The notes under the pieces were generated by a model. The model was not told where the DNA came from, made no database searches, and saw only the letters and a program-made list of their open reading frames with translations. From the IMG/VR virus record IMGVR_UViG_3300036851_000411, positions 18,134-82,133 of that record: a DNA stretch of 64,000 nt. The stretch is one strand, 5' to 3'. The translations under genes and the position numbers were made by a program. The DNA is from a virus. Positions 46,885 to 55,759 of this stretch are shown here, piece after piece (position 1 is the stretch's first letter; every line of letters begins with the position of its first letter).

Positions 46885-48329
46885 CGCCGAAGCGAAAGCG
46901 ACCCGCATGCTGGTATCAGACCGCCGGTGAGGCGCCGTTCACCGTTGCCGTGCGCGAGAAAACGCTGGGCGGCATGCTCTACGGCGGCGCCTACGACCAC
47001 GATCTCGGTCGCTACACGTGGAGCTCGCTCGGCCACCGCGATCGCGCCGAGGCACTGACGTGGGCGCAGAAACAGGCCGAGGCGTTAGGGGCCGGTGGCC
47101 GGGCGTTGGAGCTCCCCAAGGGCGGCCCCACGGTCGCGGGTGTGCTCGCGCTCTACGCCGCCAACGCGCTCGGTCAGAACGCGGCGAGCGTGCAGCGCGA
47201 CGACCGGCGTCGCGTCGCGATGTGGTCGCGCCTCTTTGGCCCCACGTCGCACTGGCGCGGGCCCAAGGATGACGCGGAGCGGCGGGTGGCAATGGTCACC
47301 GCGGCGGACCACGCGCGGTTCCTGCGCGAGCGGATGGCGGGCGCGATCGACGCCGACGGCGTGTTCGTCCCGCCGGAAGGTCGGACCATCGAGCGGCAGC
47401 GCCCGCGCGCGCGTGTCGAGCCGACGACCCGCTTCGCCAGGGCGGCACGCGGCCATGGCAGGAGCGGGTCAGCGAAGCGCGTGATGGTCACCGTGTCAGA
47501 GCACGAGGACCGCAGACCGAAGCGAGCGCGGACGGCGAACGCCGACGTGATCTTCCTGACGACGGCGCTCAACTGGGCGTGCGGGTTCCTTGTGAACGGC
47601 CGGCCGCTGCTCGACCGCAACCCATGGGGCGCGGTCTCCCCGGGCGTGCCCAAAGCGATCCGTCCCGCGGCCGAGCACAGCGTGCGACGGCCGACGATCA
47701 CTTACGACCAGTACCTGGCGCTCCGCGCGCACGCGCCCCGGGTAATGACGCGCGTGCCTGGCGAGGGCATGGTCCCCAGTCACCTGCCGGCGCTGGTCGA
47801 CCTCGTCGAGGACGTGGGTCGCCGCATTACGTCGATCTGCCGCCTCTTGACGGACGACCTCCGATGGGGAACACGTCGCGACACGGGGGCCCATGGGATC
47901 GTTGCCGTGCGGTGGCCACCACTCAAGCGGGAACGAGCCGAGTGGATCCCGGTCGGGATGAACGGCCGGACGGCCGACGTGCTGGAAGCCGAGGTGCGGA
48001 AGCGTCCTGGCATGGGGGCACGTCCGGTATTCCCCGCGCCGAAGGACCCGGCCGCGCCGATCACGCGATACCTCGCGGACGACTGGCTGCGACGCTGCTA
48101 CGTGCTCGCAGACGTGGCGCCGCTCGAGGGAGGGCTCTGGCATCCGTTCCGCCGGAAGTGGGCGACGGAGCGGAAGCATCTGCCGGCGGCGGACGTGATG
48201 AAGGCGGCCGGATGGAAGGACCGGCGGAGCCTGGAGACGGCGTACCAACAGCCTGACGACGAGACGACGTTGGCCGTGGTGGACGAGCCGCGGAAGCTGC
48301 GCGACCGAAAGCACAGCCGGGAGGCCTAA
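46881..48329 (+). CDS. int: Tyrosine recombinase/integrase (prophage)
   Basis: GRR, LKR, HPFRR, AGW, AYQ catalytic set. Confidence 0.85.
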   Translation: MTPKRKRPACWYQTAGEAPFTVAVREKTLGGMLYGGAYDHDLGRYTWSSLGHRDRAEALTWAQKQAEALGAGGRALELPKGGPTVAGVLALYAANALGQNAASVQRDDRRRVAMWSRLFGPTSHWRGPKDDAERRVAMVTAADHARFLRERMAGAIDADGVFVPPEGRTIERQRPRARVEPTTRFARAARGHGRSGSAKRVMVTVSEHEDRRPKRARTANADVIFLTTALNWACGFLVNGRPLLDRNPWGAVSPGVPKAIRPAAEHSVRRPTITYDQYLALRAHAPRVMTRVPGEGMVPSHLPALVDLVEDVGRRITSICRLLTDDLRWGTRRDTGAHGIVAVRWPPLKRERAEWIPVGMNGRTADVLEAEVRKRPGMGARPVFPAPKDPAAPITRYLADDWLRRCYVLADVAPLEGGLWHPFRRKWATERKHLPAADVMKAAGWKDRRSLETAYQQPDDETTLAVVDEPRKLRDRKHSREA

Positions 48330-48331
48330 CG

Positions 48332-48694
48332 ATGCCTGCCGTCTACATTCGAGATATCGTGCCCCCATCAGGGCTTCGCCATCATGATCACTTCTTTTCG
48401 TGTCAAATCTGCCAACGGACCTTTGAGCGTGGCGGGCGGCGCGAGGGCTTCGTGAAGTCCGGCGCAAGCAATCACGCGCTTACGTGCCGGGAGATCGTCG
48501 CATTCCTCCGTGGCTTCGTGTTGGGTGGATACGACGCGGGCCGCGGTGCACAGACCGCACTCCCGGCAGCCGAGGCCGATCCGTACACACGGCGCCGCAT
48601 CCAGGCGAACATCGCGAGGCGTAAGCGTGAATCGCCGATCGAGTGGCAGACGCTTGAGCGCTACTGCGCGTCTTTGCCACCCATCTCACCCTAA
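48332..48694 (+). CDS. hypothetical protein
   Basis: RBS GGAGG, CQIC. Confidence 0.5.
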   Translation: MPAVYIRDIVPPSGLRHHDHFFSCQICQRTFERGGRREGFVKSGASNHALTCREIVAFLRGFVLGGYDAGRGAQTALPAAEADPYTRRRIQANIARRKRESPIEWQTLERYCASLPPISP

Positions 48695-48713
48695 CGACGG
48701 AGCCCGACTCCCT

Positions 48714-49124
48714 ATGGCACCCGGTAGCGCCATCGCGAACACCCCCGTGAAGTTCTCCGAGCGGATCCGCACGCTCGGCATGGGGACGCTCGACCATGAA
48801 GCCACCACGAAGCTCGACGAGCTCACCGCCGAGATGGTGAAGCTCGCCAAGGCAACGGGCGGCAAACCCAAGGGCCAGCTCGTCGTCAAGCTCGACTTCA
48901 AGCTGAACGGCGACGTGTTCGACATCGACTACGACATCGTGATGAAGTGGCCGAAGCCGGCGCGCCATCGCGCCATCCTGTTCGCCGCGCCCGACGGCAC
49001 GCTCTCCGACCACAGCCACACGCAAACGTCGCTCGAGCTGCCGTCCCCGGTCCGGTCGATCGAGGCGATGCCCGAGCCCGTGCGCGACATGCACGCGGGA
49101 GACCGCGTGTTGCGATCGCTCTAA
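48714..49124 (+). CDS. Conserved phage protein (usual partner of DUF2303)
   Basis: Position and GQLVVKLDF..FAAPDGTL. Confidence 0.6.
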   Translation: MAPGSAIANTPVKFSERIRTLGMGTLDHEATTKLDELTAEMVKLAKATGGKPKGQLVVKLDFKLNGDVFDIDYDIVMKWPKPARHRAILFAAPDGTLSDHSHTQTSLELPSPVRSIEAMPEPVRDMHAGDRVLRSL

Positions 49125-49160
49125 ACGGTTCCCTCACTCTCTCACTTTCAACGAGCCATC

Positions 49161-50117
49161 ATGGCACCGCCTAACAACCAAGGTCCCGTCCGCGGGCGTT
49201 CGTCCGAGGATGCGCCGCGCAATTCCGAAACGCTCGACATGGCGAACGTGTTCGCCGAGATGTGGGGTACCAAGTTCGCGAAACTCGAGGCTATCGAGCA
49301 GCGCACCGCCTCCCTCGCGATCGTCCCGAAGGGCACGGAGCTGCAGAGCGTCAAGCGGTTCTACGACGAGTTCGCGGCGAAGCCGGATCGTCGGAAGGGC
49401 ACCGCGCAGATCCGCGACAAGGAGTCATTCGTCGCCCACGTCAACCGTCACAAGAGCGATCCCACGACGGTCATCTTCGCGGTGCCCGATCGGACCGCGC
49501 CCAAGCTCCTCGCCGTGTACGACTACAACCCGGCGTCCGGCGAGCTCAGCGACGCGCGGTTCATGCAGCATCGCGCCGAATACCAGGTGCCCACGTCCGA
49601 CGAGTGGAAGGCGTGGATGGGCATCAACGGCCGTCCGCTCGACCCGCACACGTTCTCGGCCTTCCTCGAGGACCGTATCGCCGACGTGATGAGCTCGGGG
49701 GAAGGGGACGCCAAGCTCGACGCGCTCGCCGATCTCCTGCGCGGCACGTGGGCCTCGGCGCCCATGCTCATGGGGCTGTCGCGTGGCATCGAGGTGAACG
49801 TTGCCAGCAAGGTGAAGCAGGCCCAGACACTGGCCACTGGCGAGATCAGCGTCACCTTCGACGAGGTGCACACCGACGGCTCAGGGCAGCCGATCAAGGT
49901 GCCGAATCTCTTCCTCATCGGCATCCCCGTGTTCTATCGCGGGGACCGCTTCCCGATCGTCGCCAAGCTTCGCTACCGGGTGCAGGGCGGTGGCATCCAG
50001 TGGTCGATCGTGTTGCACCAACCCGAGATCGCCTTCGACACGGCGTTCGACGAGCTGTGCAAGGATGTGGCGGGCGTCACGGAGCGGCTGGTGATCCGCG
50101 GGACGCCGGAGGCCTAA
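49161..50117 (+). CDS. DUF2303/YfdQ family protein
   Basis: RRKGTA..ESFVAHVNRHK, SDEWKAW, FLEDRI, IPVF, AKLRYR. Confidence 0.85.
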   Translation: MAPPNNQGPVRGRSSEDAPRNSETLDMANVFAEMWGTKFAKLEAIEQRTASLAIVPKGTELQSVKRFYDEFAAKPDRRKGTAQIRDKESFVAHVNRHKSDPTTVIFAVPDRTAPKLLAVYDYNPASGELSDARFMQHRAEYQVPTSDEWKAWMGINGRPLDPHTFSAFLEDRIADVMSSGEGDAKLDALADLLRGTWASAPMLMGLSRGIEVNVASKVKQAQTLATGEISVTFDEVHTDGSGQPIKVPNLFLIGIPVFYRGDRFPIVAKLRYRVQGGGIQWSIVLHQPEIAFDTAFDELCKDVAGVTERLVIRGTPEA

Positions 50118-50119
50118 CG

Positions 50120-50311
50120 ATGAGGCGCGCCCGGACCGCAACCCTCGCCGACATCGGCTTCGTGATCGTGCTGCTCATCGTGGGCGCGCTCGCGATCGCC
50201 GCGGGGGTGAGCATCGTCGGCGATCAGCGGGCGTGCCGGGCATTGGGCGGCCAGCCGATGACGGATCGGTTCGGCAACACGGTGTGTTTCAACGTGCCGG
50301 CGCCCAGGTAG
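50120..50311 (+). CDS. small membrane protein
   Basis: TM helix plus C..LGG..C. Confidence 0.5.
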   Translation: MRRARTATLADIGFVIVLLIVGALAIAAGVSIVGDQRACRALGGQPMTDRFGNTVCFNVPAPR

Positions 50312-50325
50312 CGCTAGCAACACGT

Positions 50326-50778
50326 ATGACCACTCACCCGGAGGTGCCCATCGGTAGCCTAACGCACGAAATCGACCGTTTCGTGGGGCGCGTCGTCCGC
50401 GCGCTCTTGCGACCGCTGCTCGAAGAAGTCGAGCAGAACATTCTCAGCGAGGTTGGGATCATGGTAAACGAGAAGGTGACCGCGGCCCTGGGCCGTCTCA
50501 GCACGAAGATCGGCGAGGCGCAGACGAACATCATCGCCGCCGGCGCGAGGGAGGCCGGCGAGATCAAGACCAATCTGCAGGCGGTGGCCAAGCAGATTCG
50601 CGATGGCTCGGCTGGTACGCCCGAGGAGATCGCGACCGCGATCGACGAGCAGGCGAACAGCGTCGGCGCGCTGGGGGAAGCCATCGTGACGGGCATCGAT
50701 GCGTTGTCCACCGGGGTGACGATCGAGAACAGCAACCCGGATGAAACGCCGCCGGCCGGCACGCCGCCGGAAGGGTAG
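50326..50778 (+). CDS. hypothetical coiled-coil protein
   Basis: Last gene before att. Confidence 0.55.
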   Translation: MTTHPEVPIGSLTHEIDRFVGRVVRALLRPLLEEVEQNILSEVGIMVNEKVTAALGRLSTKIGEAQTNIIAAGAREAGEIKTNLQAVAKQIRDGSAGTPEEIATAIDEQANSVGALGEAIVTGIDALSTGVTIENSNPDETPPAGTPPEG

Positions 50779-50846
50779 GGCGGGGGTAGCAACCGAACTG
50801 GCAAACTAGGCGGCTTACTGTAAGCCGGTTCGGGCTCGGTTCGGAT

Positions 50847-50863
50847 TATGTGTTTATCGCTTA
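50847..50863. promoter_or_regulatory. 17-bp operator, copy 7 (degenerate), next to att
   Basis: TATGTGTTTATCGCTTA. Confidence 0.55.
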
Positions 50864-50912
50864 CTCATTTCGAGGATTGACTATAGGCGGCTTCGGCGTT
50901 TGACTTTCATGC

Positions 50913-50954
50913 ATGGGGTTCAGGGGGTCGCGGGTTCAAATCCCGCCGTCCCGA
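50913..50954 (+). repeat. att core: 3' half of tRNA-Pro(GGG)
   Basis: ATGGGGT-TCAGG-GGGTC-GCGGG-TTCAAAT-CCCGC-CGTCCCG-A; the 5' half is absent. Confidence 0.85.
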
Positions 50955-50957
50955 TAT

Positions 50958-50992
50958 GAAGGCCTGACAACGACTTACGTTGTCTGGCCTTC
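50958..50992 (+). terminator. Hairpin after the tRNA fragment
   Basis: GAAGGCC-T-GACAACG..CGTTGTC-T-GGCCTTC. Confidence 0.65.
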
Positions 50993-51010
50993 GTCGTTTT
51001 CGCTGCTACG

Positions 51011-51033
51011 TGGTATGGTTTCTGGTATGGTTT
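51011..51033 (+). repeat. Direct repeat TGGTATGGTTT x2 (putative integrase arm sites)
   Basis: Read directly; about 60 bp from the att core. Confidence 0.55.
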
Positions 51034-51255
51034 GCGTGCGATTGACCCAGCTTTCGCCTCTGGAAGTAAACGCTGAGCCCTATCGTTGGGCAGCAACGCA
51101 CAGTGGAACCAGTGGTCCGCGACTGTAGATATTGAGATTTGAATATCTTGACAGGCCACGCCAGATAGGTGAGGCGCTGCAGGCGAGGCCTCTCGAAGTA
51201 TTGCGTTAAGTAATAACAATCGTCATACTTCAGTCGATGCTTTCTAGGAGATACT

Positions 51256-51567
51256 ATGGCACGGCGAGCAATAGCCGGTTACGCGATTCCCAAGCGTCGG
51301 CGCCGGTTCAGCGAGGCTCCGCGAGAACGGACGTCGCTTTCCCTCCGCGCTGACGTGGTTGACGCCGCCAAGCAGGTTGTCCAGGCTGGTGAGGCGGAAA
51401 ACCTCAGTGCGTTCGTCGAAGCTGCTCTAGAAGAGAAGCTTTTGCGTTCCAAGCGCGCAGCGTTGTATTCCGCCTACGACGAAGCGCTGACTGACCCTCT
51501 GTTCACCGCCGACATGAACGCGATCACGAAGTCGTTCACGCCGGCCGATAGCGACGGACTGGAGTGA
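51256..51567 (+). CDS. RHH-type antitoxin (MazE-like)
   Basis: RTSLSL..NLSAFVEAAL; upstream of mazF. Confidence 0.7.
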   Translation: MARRAIAGYAIPKRRRRFSEAPRERTSLSLRADVVDAAKQVVQAGEAENLSAFVEAALEEKLLRSKRAALYSAYDEALTDPLFTADMNAITKSFTPADSDGLE

Positions 51568-51588
51568 TCCCAAGGGAGGGATCTACGA

Positions 51589-51975
51589 GTGGCGATTCTT
51601 GGAAATGTTGACCAGTGGGGTACTTACTGGGCTGACTTGGACCCCGCAGTGGGTAGTGAGCAGGGCGGCGAGAGTCGCCCTGTTCTTGTTGTGTCGAACG
51701 ATGGATTCAACGCTCGATTCACGGTCGTAACGGTTCTGCCGATTACGAAAGCCACCGGCAAGAGCCGAAAGGTCTATCCGTTCGAAGTTCCACTTCCGGC
51801 GTCAGTCGCCGGAAACCCTGAGGACAGCATCATCATGCCTCAGCAAATCCGGACGATTTCTAAGACTCGACTGACCGACCGCATGGGGGCAGTGGCCGAC
51901 TTAGAACTGCGGCGCGTGATCGAGGACAAGATCCTCGATCATCTGGGGATCAGTTTGGACGAGGCCGAGGATTAG
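51589..51975 (+). CDS. mazF: MazF/PemK endoribonuclease toxin
   Basis: WADLDPAVGSEQGG.SRPVLVVSND, QIRTISKTRL. Confidence 0.92.
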   Translation: MAILGNVDQWGTYWADLDPAVGSEQGGESRPVLVVSNDGFNARFTVVTVLPITKATGKSRKVYPFEVPLPASVAGNPEDSIIMPQQIRTISKTRLTDRMGAVADLELRRVIEDKILDHLGISLDEAED

Positions 51976-52018
51976 TTCTGTCGACTCGATTCGAGAAGTT
52001 CACGCATAGGAGGCAGGC

Positions 52019-52330
52019 ATGGCGTACGACAACAGCGGACTTCGACGGCTCCAGGACAACCTCCGCGGGCTTTCCCAAACAGGCAGCGTCCCGCTGACCG
52101 AAGTGTTGTCGCCGGCATTCATGCGGTCGCACACGCGTTTCGCATCCTTCGAGGCCATGGTGGAGGCGAGCCCGTTCGCCGTTCAGTCGGCCGAGGACTT
52201 CGCGGCAATTCCTAACGACGAACGGGACGCCTTCGTTCGGAGCGCGACGACCTTTCAGTCCTGGGAAGCGATGCAGCAAGCGGGTGGCGCCGCTTGGGCG
52301 AAGGAACGACTTCTCAAAGGGCTGGGTTGA
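52019..52330 (+). CDS. conserved hypothetical protein
   Basis: Internal repeat FMRSHTRFASFEAM / FVRSATTFQSWEAM; RBS GGAGG. Confidence 0.7.
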   Translation: MAYDNSGLRRLQDNLRGLSQTGSVPLTEVLSPAFMRSHTRFASFEAMVEASPFAVQSAEDFAAIPNDERDAFVRSATTFQSWEAMQQAGGAAWAKERLLKGLG

Positions 52331-52390
52331 GAGAAGGAATCGCCGGAGCGATTCGGCCGCGTCCGCCCGGCGATTCCCTCGACACGCTGT

Positions 52391-53629
52391 TCAATGACCT
52401 TGGGCGTCCCGGAGCTTCCGCGGCTCCGTGACGACCGCGAGCAGAGTCGCATCGTCGACGCGCTGGTAGCTCCGCTCGAGCGATCGGAGGTCGCGCCATC
52501 CGCCGACGTGAGCGACATCTGCAGATGGGAGATGCTTCCGCGACGTCGCCCAGGCGCGGCGATACGCGTGGAAGTCGCCGCCGTCGAGCGGGTCGAGTTC
52601 CGCGGCCGTCTCGGCGCGCTCAAGTAAGTCGCGTGCATGGAAACGGCTCCACGGCGATGCAGCGTGACCGCGTCGGGCCTTCGGGGCAGGGAACAGCGGC
52701 CGCTGTCCGATGACAGGGTTCGTTCGCAACACTGTGTCTATCGCCGTGCGCGCCGATTCTGAGAGCGGCACCCACATGTCGACGCCCTCCTTGTCGATCT
52801 CGCCTCGCTTGCGGATACGGCCGAACGGCGCCGATGCTGAGGTCACGCGGTCGACGTCCGAGGCCAGCAACTCGCAAACCGCTGTGACCCGCCAGCCTAA
52901 CGCCTCGATCAACTCGAGGAAGGCGCCGAACAGCTGCTGCGGATCCACCGCGTCGGCGTGCTCCCGCACCGCGAGATATCGATCGTAGCTCGCGACGGGC
53001 CGCTTCGGGTTCTTGCTCTTGGGGATTGGATAGCCGCGCAGCGGGTTGTCGGCGAGCAGACGCTTTCCCTCGGGCGTCCGCACCTTGCATGCCCAGTTCA
53101 TGACGCTGTTGAGAAAGACGACGTCGCCGCCGATGGTCGTGTCGCTCGGCTTCTTCTTGAGTTTCAGCGGTTCGCCGTCGTCGCCTAGCACGACAACACG
53201 GCCGGCGCGCCGATCGCGAATAAACCGATCGAGCGTCGGGGTGTCGATGGCGCTGACGTCGCGAACGTCCCGAAGCACCGCGGTCCAGAGCGCGATCCGC
53301 CGTCGATCCTCGGCCGGCTGGACGCCCTTCTTGTGCGCCGAGACTTCTCGCTCGTAGCGCGCAAAGAGCTCAGTCGGTGAGAGTCGTCCGGTCCGTGCGG
53401 AATCGATCGCGGCCAGCAACTGTCCTGCGAGCTGACGCGCAGCCTTCTCGCCCGCGACGCGGTCGGTGTGCCGGAGCGATCGCTTGGCGTAATTCCCGGC
53501 TGGCGGCATCGACGGATCCCACCATCGGAGATATAGCGGGCCGCCTGGTTCGCGCTCAAGAACATTGACGGTGTGACCGTGACCTCCAACCGTCACTTTC
53601 CAGCAGGCAGGTTTCCGCGCCATGCTCAC
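52391..53629 (-). CDS. int: Tyrosine recombinase/integrase (satellite)
   Basis: GWR, DK, HAYRR, GGW, SYQ; homolog of 46881-48329. Confidence 0.88.
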   Translation of the reverse strand: MSMARKPACWKVTVGGHGHTVNVLEREPGGPLYLRWWDPSMPPAGNYAKRSLRHTDRVAGEKAARQLAGQLLAAIDSARTGRLSPTELFARYEREVSAHKKGVQPAEDRRRIALWTAVLRDVRDVSAIDTPTLDRFIRDRRAGRVVVLGDDGEPLKLKKKPSDTTIGGDVVFLNSVMNWACKVRTPEGKRLLADNPLRGYPIPKSKNPKRPVASYDRYLAVREHADAVDPQQLFGAFLELIEALGWRVTAVCELLASDVDRVTSASAPFGRIRKRGEIDKEGVDMWVPLSESARTAIDTVLRTNPVIGQRPLFPAPKARRGHAASPWSRFHARDLLERAETAAELDPLDGGDFHAYRRAWATSRKHLPSADVAHVGGWRDLRSLERSYQRVDDATLLAVVTEPRKLRDAQGH

Positions 53630-54009
53630 CCCCGCGTGATCCTCGGCAACTTTCCCGCGATAGCGTCGCGGGCGATCGCCGGCAACGATGGAGCACTCGG
53701 CGAATTCGCGCCAGTCCGGCGTCGTGAGGTCAGCGCGTCGAGGTCGCCACGCCGTACCCGCGGCGCGTTAGGCCGACCGGCGTTGCGGATGCGGCCCTGG
53801 CGGATCGCTCGGCCGATCGAGTCCGGGTGCAGCTGCTTTTCTCGTGCGGCGTCGGTGAGCGACAGCAATTCGTCGGCGTCGGCGCCCGCGAGCTGGTCGA
53901 GTCCCGCGAGCACTTCTTCGGCGAGCCTCGCGCCGTCGACCTGGACGCCCAGCTTCCGCCACTCGTCGCGGCGATGGGTCCAAGTACTCCGGAGCTCGTC
54001 AAAGGTCAT
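53626..54009 (-). CDS. Excisionase-like HTH protein
   Basis: LLSLTDAAREKQLHPDSIGRAIRQGRI; coupled to int. Confidence 0.7.
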   Translation of the reverse strand: MTFDELRSTWTHRRDEWRKLGVQVDGARLAEEVLAGLDQLAGADADELLSLTDAAREKQLHPDSIGRAIRQGRIRNAGRPNAPRVRRGDLDALTSRRRTGANSPSAPSLPAIARDAIAGKLPRITRG

Positions 54010-54018
54010 CGTCCGGGC

Positions 54019-54963
54019 TCAATCGTCCGGGGGCTGGTTCAGCATTCGATAGTCGACCTGCGGTTCGTCAGGTTCGAGGTACCGATCGATTCGCTCGGCA
54101 AAGTTCTGGAACGAGCACCACGGTTCGCCTTTATGCTGCTCGGCATAGCTCCGATAGGCCTCCCTAACGACGTCCTCGCCATGCAGCCGGACCAGCGTCT
54201 TGAGATCATGCCCACAACGGTTGTGGTACAGGATCGAGCCGAACAGCTCGGAGTGCAGCGCGACGAACCGGTCGATGTAGGTCTCGGTCCGCGGCTTCCG
54301 TGGCTTTGTCTCGTGCGGTGATCGCCGCTCGGTCGGCGCGACCGCCGCCTCGGGCGCGCGGCGTGAGTTCTGAAGATCAAGATCAACCGCGGCGCTTCGG
54401 TGGTGCGTGTTGTTGATGTTCAGGTTCATCGCGCCGCTCCGGGGTCCGTCGCCAGACGGATCCACGGTAAGCTCTTGATCTTTCGACTCCGACTCCGACT
54501 CCGACTCCGACTCCGACTCCGAAGTGCAAGCCACGTTAGTTGCACTGGGCGAGCCGTGTGCTTGCACCGTGTTGACACGAGGCGAGCCCTGTGCTTGCAC
54601 GGTGCTCGGGTTTCCGGAGCAATCGTCGGGCGGCGGGGGCAACTTCGACGGCTGCTCTCTGATGTGCGGCGTCTGATGACGCCGAAAGCCCGGGATCACG
54701 CCGTAGCGGCGGTCATCAACCATGTAGCTGACGATGAAGCCGCCCGCCTCGAGCGCCGCCAGCACCGCAGAGAAGTCGACCTGATCCCAGGGTAGCGCTC
54801 CAAGTTGTAGTCTCGGCGGAACCCATTCGAACCGCCCTTCCCGGTCTGCCGCACACCAGAGTGCAATGAACGCCAGCCTGACGGGCAGCGCCGAGCGTTG
54901 CTCCGTTTCGAACAACCCGCGGTGGGTGAACAACTCGGGCTTCACCATGCGCATCCGAGCCAT
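54019..54963 (-). CDS. Phage-type replication initiator
   Basis: MARMRMVKPELF..LWCAADREGRF..FRRHQ..SKLP. Confidence 0.8.
   Translation of the reverse strand: MARMRMVKPELFTHRGLFETEQRSALPVRLAFIALWCAADREGRFEWVPPRLQLGALPWDQVDFSAVLAALEAGGFIVSYMVDDRRYGVIPGFRRHQTPHIREQPSKLPPPPDDCSGNPSTVQAQGSPRVNTVQAHGSPSATNVACTSESESESESESESKDQELTVDPSGDGPRSGAMNLNINNTHHRSAAVDLDLQNSRRAPEAAVAPTERRSPHETKPRKPRTETYIDRFVALHSELFGSILYHNRCGHDLKTLVRLHGEDVVREAYRSYAEQHKGEPWCSFQNFAERIDRYLEPDEPQVDYRMLNQPPDD
54485..54604. repeat. (GACTCC)x6 plus two 24-bp iteron-like repeats inside rep
   Basis: GGCGAGCCSTGTGCTTGCACSGTG at 54548 and 54581. Confidence 0.8.
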
Positions 54964-55353
54964 CTACGCCGAGCTCCCGCGTGCCGCGCTGTCGGTCCCG
55001 TGCGCAGCTGCCAGATCGCCAGCGGATTCGAGTGCGGCGATGACCTGGTCGAGTTCCGATAGCCGAATGCTCATGCCCTTCTTGGTGGGGAACCAGTCAC
55101 CGAGGCTCGACTGCCTGAATACGCGCGCCGAGATGTACAGGTGTCCATCGTACGTCGCCAACGTTAGGCGAAACAGCTCACCCCGGCCACGTGGTACGAG
55201 CGCGAGCAGAGTCTCGTCCAGTGCGAGGGGCGGCGGCGCGTCGTCGGTGGTGGCTCGATCGATCGGTTGCCGTGTTCGCTTCTGGCCTCCCGGCTTGCGA
55301 TCGCCGAATTCTCGGTGTACCGTACGTTTGTCTGTCATCATCATCCTCATCAT
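54964..55353 (-). CDS. PC4/YdbC-like ssDNA-binding protein
   Basis: YDGHLYISARVF..WFPTKKGMSIR. Confidence 0.8.
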   Translation of the reverse strand: MMRMMMTDKRTVHREFGDRKPGGQKRTRQPIDRATTDDAPPPLALDETLLALVPRGRGELFRLTLATYDGHLYISARVFRQSSLGDWFPTKKGMSIRLSELDQVIAALESAGDLAAAHGTDSAARGSSA

Positions 55354-55430
55354 TGGTTGTCGCGAAGCCGCTTCCTGCCGGGGCGGCTTTCGCGCGTTAG
55401 GTGGCCGACCGCTCGTAGCGCGCGCCGCTG

Positions 55431-55652
55431 CTAGGCGACCGACGCATTGCCAGCGGCCTCAGAGGTGTTTCCCGCGCCGACCTTGGTTGCGGCGATCCGC
55501 TCGAGCTCGGCCGAGTCGACCAGCACCCACCATCGGCCGTCGCGTTGCTCGCCCTGGACCTCTCCGGTCATCACGCGACGCAGCATCCGGCCGTATGAGT
55601 CCCGAGCCACCAGCGCCGCGGTCGTCAGACGCATCCACTGCTTTTCCGACAT
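55431..55652 (-). CDS. small HTH/Xis-like regulator
   Basis: LTTAAL..GEVQGEQRDGRWWV. Confidence 0.6.
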   Translation of the reverse strand: MSEKQWMRLTTAALVARDSYGRMLRRVMTGEVQGEQRDGRWWVLVDSAELERIAATKVGAGNTSEAAGNASVA

Positions 55653-55759
55653 GATGCACTCGCGAAAAAAGAGAGAGTTGAAAAAACGAACCCGACGAGG
55701 TAATCTTAGTCTGTCACATTGGCATTAGGCAAGAGCCTAAACCTGTCAAATAGCCTAAT

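Larger units (their letters stand above)
1..50954 (+). mobile_element. Prophage (siphovirus-like, long non-contractile tail), left end outside window
   Basis: Ordered terminase-portal-head-tail-lysis module, CI/Cro-like switch, Rad52-like gene and tyrosine integrase; ends at a tRNA-Pro 3' fragment. Confidence 0.93.

Noticed and set aside
50913-50954. Functional tRNA-Pro
   Set aside because: The 5' acceptor strand, D arm and 5' anticodon stem are missing; it is an att duplication
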